From a virus (taxonomy: Duplodnaviria; Caudoviricetes): a stretch of 31,711 bases of DNA. The stretch covers positions 1-31,711 of IMG/VR virus record IMGVR_UViG_3300031621_000741. One strand, written 5' to 3'. Position numbers and translations under genes: made by a program. Each line of letters starts with the position of its first letter. The stretch's first letter is position 1. Positions 24,418-31,711 of the stretch are shown here, piece by piece. Below the pieces are notes generated by a model. The model was given only the letters and a program-made list of their open reading frames with translations, was not told the DNA's origin and did no database searches.

Positions 24418-25119
24418 TTATCTATTGTCGGCAGTAGATACCAATTTATCAATTCTTTGAATATTATTTCCAATTAACATTTGTAGTAACAGCACAAGTT
24501 TTTCATCAGTTACGTATATATAATATCCTTTAATCCATGCTGTACTATTAGAATTTAATATTTTTAAAAGCATATTTCCTATTTTTACTTTGTCTTTGTG
24601 ATTTTTGATCCAGTTAAGTAAATGACTAGTAGTTTGTTTTTTCCCCGCAAATGTAATTTTATATGGAAACGGAATTATTTCGTTATTTGATAATATAATA
24701 TTTTTGTTAGTTAATAGTAAATCAACATTTTCTAGGTTAGGTTTCCATAATTCAATATATGTTGTATCTAGTAATTCAGGATCAATCTCTATCATTTGAT
24801 CAAGTAATTCGCAATTATTAGTGTACACTGAAAGAAGATTGTTTTCACATCTAATAATGTAATCATCATACTTCATTAAAATATTATACAGTATTCGACA
24901 AAGTTTAATATCATACTTGCTTAAATGTTTTTTTCGATATGACGAAACAAAAATTGAAACTGTTTCTCCACAGTCAGCAAGCTTTAATACTTCTTCAACT
25001 TGTCCAAGTTTTTTATTTGGCGACAAGGCTGTTCTAAATCTTGCCGCCAGATATGTACCTATCTGAATTTTGTAAAGATAAGTGTCATAAAAAAGTTTTT
25101 TTGTTTCAAACTTTTTCAT
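24418..25119 (-). CDS. hypothetical protein, about 233 aa
   Basis: Very AT-rich ORF overlapping the clpA stop; ATG 25119 preferred over TTG 25125. Confidence 0.7.
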   Translation of the reverse strand: MKKFETKKLFYDTYLYKIQIGTYLAARFRTALSPNKKLGQVEEVLKLADCGETVSIFVSSYRKKHLSKYDIKLCRILYNILMKYDDYIIRCENNLLSVYTNNCELLDQMIEIDPELLDTTYIELWKPNLENVDLLLTNKNIILSNNEIIPFPYKITFAGKKQTTSHLLNWIKNHKDKVKIGNMLLKILNSNSTAWIKGYYIYVTDEKLVLLLQMLIGNNIQRIDKLVSTADNR

Positions 25120-27343
25120 TTTCAAGTACTTTAGAATTAATTACTATTGCTTTATCTTTAACATCGATATTTACAGTGCCGCCACCTTTTAATTCACCAA
25201 ACAACATAAGACGACTTAGTGGACGTTTAATATCTTTATCAATTACACGCTGTAATGGACGAGCACCCATCTTAGGATCAAATCCTTTTTCAACAAGTAG
25301 ATCAAGTGCTTCATTAGATACTGTAATTTTAATATCTTTGTTGTTCACTTGCTCGCGTAGTTCACTTAAGAACTTACCAACAATCTTCATCATAACTGGT
25401 TTACCAAGTTTAGCAAATGTAATAACGCTATCTAATCTATTTCTAAATTCTGGAGCAAAAAATTTCTTTACTTCGGTGTCTTCATAATCATTTTCTGCTG
25501 CGCCGCTAAATCCAATTGTATTCTTTTCTGCTTCTTTAGCACCAAGATTAGTTGTGAGAATTAATACACAGTTACGTGCATCGGCTTCTTTACCATTTGA
25601 TCCTGTAACTTTTCCGTTATCCATTAACTGTAATAGTACAGAGCTAACATCAGGGTGTGCTTTTTCAATTTCGTCAAGCAGTAGTACACAGTTAGGATTT
25701 TCTTGTAGTTTAACAATAAGCTGACCAGCATTATCATCAAACCCAACATATCCTGGAGGCGCACCAATAAACTTAGCTACACTGTGCTTTTCTTGGTATT
25801 CACTCATATCAAATCTTACAAGTTTAACACCAAGATGATGGGCTAACTGTTTTGCAGTCTCAGTTTTACCAGTACCAGTTGGACCCATGAATACAAATGA
25901 TCCAATCATTTTGTCGTCTGCTTTTAGCCCTGCTTGATTAATAAGTATTTTATCAACTACAGATTCAATAGCATTATCTTGCCCATATACACTGCCTTTT
26001 AAATTAGTTTCAAGATTAACTAAATTTTCAGTTTCAGTTTCAGCAACCTGCTCTTCTGGAACCTTAATCATTTTTGAAAGTTCAAATTGAACATTACTAG
26101 CTTCTACAATTTTGTTTTCTGTTTGTTCATTAACTTTGAAACGAGAACATGCTACATCAATTAAATCAATTGCTTTGTCAGGTAGTTTTTTATCAGGCTG
26201 ATATTTAACACTTAGACTTACTGCTTCGGCAATTGCTTCATCGGTAATTTCAACTTCGTGAAACTCTTCATAATATTTTTTAATACCTTGCAAAATTTCA
26301 ATACTCATTTGTGTACTAGGTTCGTCAATGGTTACACGCTGGAACCGCCGCATTAACGCACGATCTTTTTCAAAGTACTTTCTATATTCTTCCCAAGTAG
26401 TTGAAGCAACCACTTTAATATTACCTTTAGCAAGAGCAGGTTTCAACATATTTGCCAGGTCATTACCACCATTGCCGCCATTACCGGCACCATTTATCAT
26501 ATGTGCTTCGTCGATAAACATAATAGTTTTGCCTTTTTTCTGTAAGGCTTGTAATACTAGTTTAAATCTTTCTTCAAAGTCGCCTCGATATTTAGATCCA
26601 GCAATCATTGAACCAATATCAAGACTATAAACGTTATATTCTTTTAAAAATTCTGGAACCATTCCATTTACAATTTTCCAAGAAATACCTTCTGCAATTG
26701 CAGTTTTGCCAACTCCAGGATCGCCGATAATAAGAGCATTAGATTTAGTACGTCTTCCTAATGCTAGTGTAACTTGTTCAATTTCGTCTTCGCGCCCAAT
26801 TACAGGATCAATTTTTCCGCTTTTAACGTCTTCATTTAAATCACTTGTAAATGCTTTAAGTGCTTTATTAGCATTACCTTGATCTTCTAACTCCATATCG
26901 TCTTCATTATGGTCATCGTTGCCAACAAACTTAATAAAATTTTCTTTAGAAATTTCTGCTTGCTGTGTGACAAAAAATGCATACGACCGTTTTTCAGATA
27001 ATATACTAATAAATACATCTACAATTTCAATTGTAGTACGTCCTTGAAATAATACTTGAGCAAATGCTCGATTTAGTACACGTTCAACACTATTAGTTTT
27101 TTTTGGTTTGTATTTCTTTTCATCTGTTTTAATATCGTCTAGTTTAGTTTTAAGGTGATTCTCCAGATTTACTCTCATTAAATCAGTATCAGCTTCAAAG
27201 TCTTGAATTAATTTTTCAAAACTTTCTTCGCACAACATTGCAAACAAAAGATGTTCTAATGTTACATATTCGTGTTTTAGTTTTTTTGCATCATTAATTG
27301 CTTTATCAAACACTGTTTGAAGAGACACACTTGGTTCTACCAT
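25106..27343 (-). CDS. clpA: ATP-dependent Clp protease ATPase subunit ClpA
   Basis: Clp N-domain (HEYVTLEHLL), Walker A GDPGVGKT and GPTGTGKT, pore loops KYRG and GYVG, Walker B FIDE and LLDE, IGF ClpP-docking loop, no ClpB middle domain. Confidence 0.93.
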   Translation of the reverse strand: MVEPSVSLQTVFDKAINDAKKLKHEYVTLEHLLFAMLCEESFEKLIQDFEADTDLMRVNLENHLKTKLDDIKTDEKKYKPKKTNSVERVLNRAFAQVLFQGRTTIEIVDVFISILSEKRSYAFFVTQQAEISKENFIKFVGNDDHNEDDMELEDQGNANKALKAFTSDLNEDVKSGKIDPVIGREDEIEQVTLALGRRTKSNALIIGDPGVGKTAIAEGISWKIVNGMVPEFLKEYNVYSLDIGSMIAGSKYRGDFEERFKLVLQALQKKGKTIMFIDEAHMINGAGNGGNGGNDLANMLKPALAKGNIKVVASTTWEEYRKYFEKDRALMRRFQRVTIDEPSTQMSIEILQGIKKYYEEFHEVEITDEAIAEAVSLSVKYQPDKKLPDKAIDLIDVACSRFKVNEQTENKIVEASNVQFELSKMIKVPEEQVAETETENLVNLETNLKGSVYGQDNAIESVVDKILINQAGLKADDKMIGSFVFMGPTGTGKTETAKQLAHHLGVKLVRFDMSEYQEKHSVAKFIGAPPGYVGFDDNAGQLIVKLQENPNCVLLLDEIEKAHPDVSSVLLQLMDNGKVTGSNGKEADARNCVLILTTNLGAKEAEKNTIGFSGAAENDYEDTEVKKFFAPEFRNRLDSVITFAKLGKPVMMKIVGKFLSELREQVNNKDIKITVSNEALDLLVEKGFDPKMGARPLQRVIDKDIKRPLSRLMLFGELKGGGTVNIDVKDKAIVINSKVLENEKV

Positions 27344-27374
27344 TCTTTATCCTTTTAATTTACTAGTTCTATAT

Positions 27375-27403
27375 AATTTAACATAAGTTCTTATGATTGT
27401 CAA
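27375..27403 (-). promoter_or_regulatory. sigma70-type promoter TTGACA-17-TAAATT upstream of clpA
   Basis: -35 at 27403-27398, -10 at 27380-27375; spacer contains the inverted repeat CATAAG-TT-CTTATG. Confidence 0.6.
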
Positions 27404-27404
27404 T

Positions 27405-28202
27405 CTATATTTGGAGATGTTGCTTGATCAGTTGTATTTGGTTAATTAAATTTGGATCAGACGTTGTAGGAACAATTGGATGTATAGCAACGTACAAATT
27501 ACCAGGTTGTCGGGTGTTAGGATTAAGCAATCCGTACCCAGGAACTTTTAGCATTTGGTTAGGTTGAAATCCAGGAGGTATACTAATATTAACAGATTGG
27601 TTGTCTAATGTAGTTATTAAAACTTCTACACCGACAATAAGATCCAATACTGATATATTTTTAGTAATACGTAAATCACTACCACTTCTTTCAAATTCTG
27701 GATGTTTGTTAATTATAATTGTTACTAACAGGTCACCTCTTGGAATACTGCTATGAGAATTATCACCAAGCCCTTTTATTCGAAGAGTGCCGCCGTTGTC
27801 CACACCAGGCGGAATAGAAATGTTTGCCTGTGTCTGGCCGCCATTAAACGTACTGTATTGTATATTGAGATTTTTACCATTAAGTACATCAATTAAATCA
27901 AGTGTTACACTAACTGTAATATCTCTATTACGCTGAGGCTGGTGTCTTTGTTGAAAAAAAGAATGAAAAACATCATTTACATTACCTGTATTAAAATGAA
28001 ATTGTTGTTGCATAGGCGGTGCATCGTATTCTGCCCGCCTCTGTGTATCTTTTAGTGTTTCGTATGCTTCGTTAACCTGTTGAAGTCTAGCAGCATCCCC
28101 ACCGTGGTCGGGATGATGTTCTTTTGCTAATTTTCTATAAGCTCTTTTTATATCTTGAGCTGTGGCTGCTTTATTAACGCCTAATATATTGTAATAGTCC
28201 AT
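27405..28202 (-). CDS. dnaJ: DnaJ-family co-chaperone (class B/CbpA-like, no zinc finger)
   Basis: DYYNILGV, HPD motif, NEAYETL, C-terminal DnaJ_C (IPPG, GDL, HPEFERSGSDL). Confidence 0.93.
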   Translation of the reverse strand: MDYYNILGVNKAATAQDIKRAYRKLAKEHHPDHGGDAARLQQVNEAYETLKDTQRRAEYDAPPMQQQFHFNTGNVNDVFHSFFQQRHQPQRNRDITVSVTLDLIDVLNGKNLNIQYSTFNGGQTQANISIPPGVDNGGTLRIKGLGDNSHSSIPRGDLLVTIIINKHPEFERSGSDLRITKNISVLDLIVGVEVLITTLDNQSVNISIPPGFQPNQMLKVPGYGLLNPNTRQPGNLYVAIHPIVPTTSDPNLINQIQLIKQHLQI

Positions 28203-28225
28203 ACTACTACTTATTAATCAAGATT

Positions 28226-28612
28226 TTATTTTTTACTAGTTCCGGTATATAATCCAAACCAGGCTGCACCAGCACCGACAACAATACTAACAAGTCCGCT
28301 TTGTTCAAAACTTGGAGCAGGTAAGCTCATAAACCATATTACTACTTTGTATAGTAGTACAATATAAACAGTTAAAAATGCTCTTGGAAAAATTCTCCAA
28401 GCGTCAACTGCTCTAGCCATATGAATAAGTCTTGCATACGGGTTAGGACCCATATCTTTTACACTAGTGTCTACTTCTAGATCTAGTTTAATTTTTCGAG
28501 TAGTCGAATCGTCAGTTGAAACAACTGTTGCTTCATATGTTGGTATTTCTTTAGCTACAGGCACTGCTTCGGCCTTTGGTTTTTCTAAATCTTCAAGTGT
28601 TTTACGTGGCAT
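28226..28612 (-). CDS. membrane protein with two C-terminal TM helices (holin-like candidate)
   Basis: AWRIFPRAFLTVYIVLLY and GLVSIVVGAGAAWFGLY; lies at the end of the lysis block. Confidence 0.65.
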   Translation of the reverse strand: MPRKTLEDLEKPKAEAVPVAKEIPTYEATVVSTDDSTTRKIKLDLEVDTSVKDMGPNPYARLIHMARAVDAWRIFPRAFLTVYIVLLYKVVIWFMSLPAPSFEQSGLVSIVVGAGAAWFGLYTGTSKK

Positions 28613-28613
28613 A

Positions 28614-29366
28614 TTAGCCCTCCCAATTTTCTATATGCTTAACATATTCTGACATTGAATGGTCGGAAAAATTATCAATTTTTCCTTTTTTAATTCCCAT
28701 CCACATTCCTCTATATTGATCTTTTATTCTTTGCCATGCTGTTAATGGTCTTAAATTGCCATATGCATTAATATAATGTTCTTGACCGCAATGTCTAAAT
28801 CCCATGATCCGCAATGGAACTCTTGTAACAATATCATTATTGTTTACCCATCTATAGTGTTTGGTGCAAAAACTTTTTACATAAGTTGGCCAGCCAACTC
28901 TTGGAGAACCAAATGTATGTAATTCAATAGGATTATTTAAATCAATGTTATATTCAGCTCTATTTGCCATAATTGTAGCCATTGCTGCACCTAATGAATG
29001 ACCGCATATCCACAAGTCTTTAGTAACATTTGTTTTACGAATAATATCTTCTTGTACCATTGGCCAGATGTCGTCAACTTCTGTTTTAAATCCTTTGTGA
29101 ACTCGCGAAACTGTTTCGGCCATAACTGGAATAGCTCGCAAATCAGCTTTAATATCATTAAATGCAGTAGGTTCTGTACCTCTACATGCAATTACTAGAT
29201 CAGTTTTATTTTGAAATCGCCAAGCTTGAGCACCACCCTTGTTATAAAATTCAATAGTTGTAAACCCTAGTTTTTTTGCTTGTTTAGTAGCATCATTACT
29301 ATAAGCTAATTCTGCTAGTTTTGCAAATAATAGGCTACGTTCCTTTAGTGTCTTTTCTTTTATCAT
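28614..29366 (-). CDS. class 3 lipase (alpha/beta hydrolase)
   Basis: IACRGT, VHKGF, CGHSLGAA (GxSxG), FGSPRVG, NNNDIVTRVP, DHSM: full Ser-Asp-His triad. Confidence 0.92.
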   Translation of the reverse strand: MIKEKTLKERSLLFAKLAELAYSNDATKQAKKLGFTTIEFYNKGGAQAWRFQNKTDLVIACRGTEPTAFNDIKADLRAIPVMAETVSRVHKGFKTEVDDIWPMVQEDIIRKTNVTKDLWICGHSLGAAMATIMANRAEYNIDLNNPIELHTFGSPRVGWPTYVKSFCTKHYRWVNNNDIVTRVPLRIMGFRHCGQEHYINAYGNLRPLTAWQRIKDQYRGMWMGIKKGKIDNFSDHSMSEYVKHIENWEG

Positions 29367-29643
29367 GTTTGCCCTCTAATTTTTTTAATCGAATTTCAAT
29401 TTCGTCTATCTTTTTAGTTACATGCGGGTACTTTTTCCGCCAAGCATCGTCTGGTTGTTGTAGCCAAGTCCAACCCCAACGACTAACCAACCAATCAACT
29501 GTTAAGTCAAATTTAGAATATAACCATAGCCCTAACCGTGTGCCTTGGAAGTATGTTGAAAATGCAAGACCAAATAACGATCCAATTAACGCTGTATAAA
29601 TCCACAGACGATCGTCTGTCATTCTTTCAATCATATCCCACAT
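29335..29643 (-). CDS. small membrane protein (holin/antiholin candidate)
   Basis: N-terminal TM LWIYTALIGSLFGLAFSTYF, charged coiled C-terminus; directly after the spanins. Confidence 0.6.
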   Translation of the reverse strand: MWDMIERMTDDRLWIYTALIGSLFGLAFSTYFQGTRLGLWLYSKFDLTVDWLVSRWGWTWLQQPDDAWRKKYPHVTKKIDEIEIRLKKLEGKHDKRKDTKGT

Positions 29644-29671
29644 AGTAATCCCTCAATTTATCTATCTGTAT

Positions 29672-30031
29672 TTATTCTATAGTTTCGTTAGATGTAAGTG
29701 CATTTTCGTAATACACAATAATTTTAGATTGTTGATCTAAGTATCTTCGTAGATCAGCAACATTTAGTGCAAGATTTTCGTAATCCTTCATAGAAAGTAC
29801 AACATAAGCAAGTTCGCCATGCTCGTCAGTAAAATCTTTTACAAATTTTTCATAATTGTCTTTAGTCACAACGTAGATACGAGTGTCAACTAAATCAATT
29901 GGTTTTGGCCGGCTTGCTATCGGTACTGATACTTTCTGTATCTGTGTTACTATCTTCACTTCCGGCTCTGGTTTTAGACCGCAACCAGTTAGGAAGAGGA
30001 GTACTGCCGTCGCCGCCAGTACTAGTTTCAA
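29672..30031 (-). CDS. outer-membrane lipoprotein, o-spanin (Rz1-like)
   Basis: Signal peptide KLVLAATAVLLFLTGC with LTGC lipobox; overlaps the 3' end of the i-spanin. Start TTG 30031 or ATG 30061. Confidence 0.75.
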   Translation of the reverse strand: MKLVLAATAVLLFLTGCGLKPEPEVKIVTQIQKVSVPIASRPKPIDLVDTRIYVVTKDNYEKFVKDFTDEHGELAYVVLSMKDYENLALNVADLRRYLDQQSKIIVYYENALTSNETIE

Positions 30032-30383
30032 GCTCGCGCCATAGTTTAGCTGTAGCACCATTCATCCTTTCTTCTAAATTATCGCTATCTCTAATAGCAT
30101 CTTGTACTAAGTCTAATTGACGTAGTCGTTTTCGTAAATTATCACCATACTCCTCGGCTATTTGTAAATCAGATTGTAGTCGGGCAGTACGCTCTGCATT
30201 TTCCACAGCTTCTTCTTGTAGTAACTTGATACTAGACTCAGCAGTGTCAACAGCTACTTCGAGTTTTGCGTTATTACCGTGCAATACAGCAATGCGCTCT
30301 TGTGTTTGTTTGTAATACCACGAACCTACACCGCCCATTGCCAATGTTAACATAAAAAATACAATAGCTAACTTTGCACCCAT
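29895..30383 (-). CDS. inner-membrane spanin (Rz-like)
   Basis: Single N-terminal TM followed by a long coiled coil; directly downstream of the endolysin. Confidence 0.75.
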   Translation of the reverse strand: MGAKLAIVFFMLTLAMGGVGSWYYKQTQERIAVLHGNNAKLEVAVDTAESSIKLLQEEAVENAERTARLQSDLQIAEEYGDNLRKRLRQLDLVQDAIRDSDNLEERMNGATAKLWRELETSTGGDGSTPLPNWLRSKTRAGSEDSNTDTESISTDSKPAKTN

Positions 30384-30388
30384 CCTAC

Positions 30389-31237
30389 CTATCCTAGTAA
30401 CTTTCCCAAAGTTTTTGGCCCAACTATTCCGTCAGCAGTTAGTCCATTTGTTTTCTGCCATTTTTTAATAACACGTTCGGTACCTGGCCCAAAAATTCCG
30501 TCTGCAGGAGAAATACCAAGCTTTTCTTGTACTTCGGCTACAAGTTGTCCACGTGACCCTTTGCGCACTGTTTGATTGTAGTCAGTTTCTGGTTCTTCGT
30601 ATCCGCCACCTAGTACATCAAGTGCATGAATATAATGTTTTTTACGATCTTCAAGACCAATTGTTCCGCCATTAATTCTTTTGGTCATACCAACAATATC
30701 TTGATTATCGCAATATTTGTTTATGTTATTAGTATCCCAGAACCAACATGCTGAATCCAGCGCACCTTTTTTAGTACGCACATATTCAACTGCATCAGTT
30801 GGATTCATTTCAACTGCTTCGCTGAATTTTGTATAATTATATCTGCCTGTAAGTTGCAGTATGCCGCCGCCCCGAAATCTCCAACCGTCACCAGAAGCGG
30901 TGTTGCCGTTGTCCATTCTGCTTGCGTAAATAACGTTAGCAATTTTTTCAGGTTGTCTATGATAATCATTTGCATCTCTTCCAGCACGTTTAAAATATTT
31001 TGGAAAAATAGTATTAAGTGCTTTTGCACTATAATTTAAGTTTTCGCTTAGTACACGAAATCCAGCAGATTCGTGTCCACATTGTGCTACAAATCCAGCA
31101 ACACGTTCAATAGTATCTACTTCCCAGAGTGGCAATATTTCGCACATTGCATGATACCAATCTTTCCAATCATCTCTGTGGATTAACTCTTCGGCCATCC
31201 ACTCTTCAAATTCAAATTTAAAATGTTCTTTTGCCAT
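30389..31237 (-). CDS. GH19 (chitinase-like) endolysin with C-terminal peptidoglycan-binding domain
   Basis: FVAQCGHESAGF, ENLNYS, DGWRFRGGGILQLTGRYNY, SACWFW, TKRINGG; C-terminal DGIFGPGT...WQKTNGLTADGIVGPKT. Confidence 0.93.
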   Translation of the reverse strand: MAKEHFKFEFEEWMAEELIHRDDWKDWYHAMCEILPLWEVDTIERVAGFVAQCGHESAGFRVLSENLNYSAKALNTIFPKYFKRAGRDANDYHRQPEKIANVIYASRMDNGNTASGDGWRFRGGGILQLTGRYNYTKFSEAVEMNPTDAVEYVRTKKGALDSACWFWDTNNINKYCDNQDIVGMTKRINGGTIGLEDRKKHYIHALDVLGGGYEEPETDYNQTVRKGSRGQLVAEVQEKLGISPADGIFGPGTERVIKKWQKTNGLTADGIVGPKTLGKLLG

Positions 31238-31404
31238 TATTTATTTTCCTCTAAGTTGGTGCAATTTTTACAACTGCATTGGTCACAAATTTTAGTTGTT
31301 ATTGGTGGACTGTCGTAGTTTTGTAAATCTTGATAATATGGTAGTCCACAATGAGATATTCTTCCGCAATTTTGACAATAAGATATTCTGTTATGTTCTT
31401 TCAA
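31237..31404 (-). CDS. small Cys-rich (zinc-binding-like) protein, 55 aa, absent from the ORF track
   Basis: TTG start; (M)KEHNRISYCQNCGRISHCGLPYYQDLQNYDSPPITTKICDQCSCKNCTNLEENK; TAA overlaps the endolysin ATG. Confidence 0.65.
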   Translation of the reverse strand: MKEHNRISYCQNCGRISHCGLPYYQDLQNYDSPPITTKICDQCSCKNCTNLEENK

Positions 31405-31711
31405 CAACTAGGGTATAATCCTTATTTTCAAAGGTTAATGTTTTGTTACCATATTTAGTAACATTGTAGTCTCCGATATATTTTGTTAAAAACAATATTT
31501 CTGCATAATCATTCATGTTTATACGATCGGTAATACTTTCGTATATATCGTTAGTTTTGCCAAAGTCCTTGATTACTAAGGAAACAGGATTAGCATATGC
31601 TTTTTTTAATGTAAGTATATTATCATTAAGTGACACTTCATTTAAAAAACTTTTGTTAAAAAAATTATCAGTATTATTTAAGTTTGATTCTGAAACAATT
31701 GAATCGTACAT
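31391..31711 (-). CDS. hypothetical protein, probably the C-terminal part of a gene starting outside the window
   Basis: Open to the window edge; the Met at 31711 may be internal. Confidence 0.65.
   Translation of the reverse strand: MYDSIVSESNLNNTDNFFNKSFLNEVSLNDNILTLKKAYANPVSLVIKDFGKTNDIYESITDRINMNDYAEILFLTKYIGDYNVTKYGNKTLTFENKDYTLVVERT

Noticed and set aside
3226-31029. Short alternative-frame minus-strand ORFs (3226-3414, 8917-9126, 13464-13676, 20928-21122, 22740-23009, 28991-29191, 30805-31029)
   Set aside because: They are nested in or largely overlap better genes and have no motif support.
687-31039. Plus-strand ORFs in the track (for example 8394-8987, 21662-22084, 25041-25487)
   Set aside because: All are antisense shadows of well-supported minus-strand genes, with no recognisable motifs.
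31238-31243. TAAATA directly before the endolysin ATG as a late promoter
   Set aside because: It abuts the start codon with no spacing and is explained by the last codons and stop of the small Cys-rich ORF.
1-31711. Stop-codon reassignment, as seen in some large phages
   Set aside because: Known enzymes are full length in the standard code, and TAA, TAG and TGA all end genes at sensible positions, often overlapping the next start or SD.
1-31711. tRNA or other structured RNA genes
   Set aside because: Intergenic gaps are too short, and no cloverleaf or T-loop signature was seen.

Overview
An AT-rich, gene-dense segment of a large lytic tailed phage (T4-like or jumbo-myovirus style). All credible genes lie on the minus strand in the standard genetic code, with frequent ATGA/TAATG overlaps. 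In transcription order (right to left) there are five blocks. (1) A lysis block: GH19 endolysin, overlapping i-/o-spanins, membrane proteins and an unexpected class-3 lipase. (2) DnaJ and ClpA. (3) About 12.7 kb of consecutive ORFs, most sharing an N-terminal M-[KR]-hydrophobic-x-[ED]-hydrophobic...E leader and internal hydrophobic-x-E sites. These resemble the T4 capsid-targeting sequence and prohead-protease sites. Their cargo includes a CCA-adding enzyme inside a polyprotein, an RNA-ligase-like KxDG enzyme coupled to a HIGH-type nucleotidyltransferase, an ADP-ribosyltransferase-like protein and a peptidoglycan-binding repeat protein. (4) A replication block: DsbA-like protein, family B DNA polymerase, cytidylyltransferase and a probable clamp. 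(5) A putative base-modification block: TGT/DpdA-like transglycosylase, QueD-like protein, GT-B glycosyltransferase, PD-(D/E)XK-like nuclease, NDP-sugar epimerase and probably a phosphoribosyltransferase at the window edge. The two best candidates for an undescribed system are a virion-packaged, protease-matured RNA-repair/anti-defence kit and a possibly glycosylated 7-deazaguanine modification pathway. All assignments come from motifs read by eye; no database searches were run.
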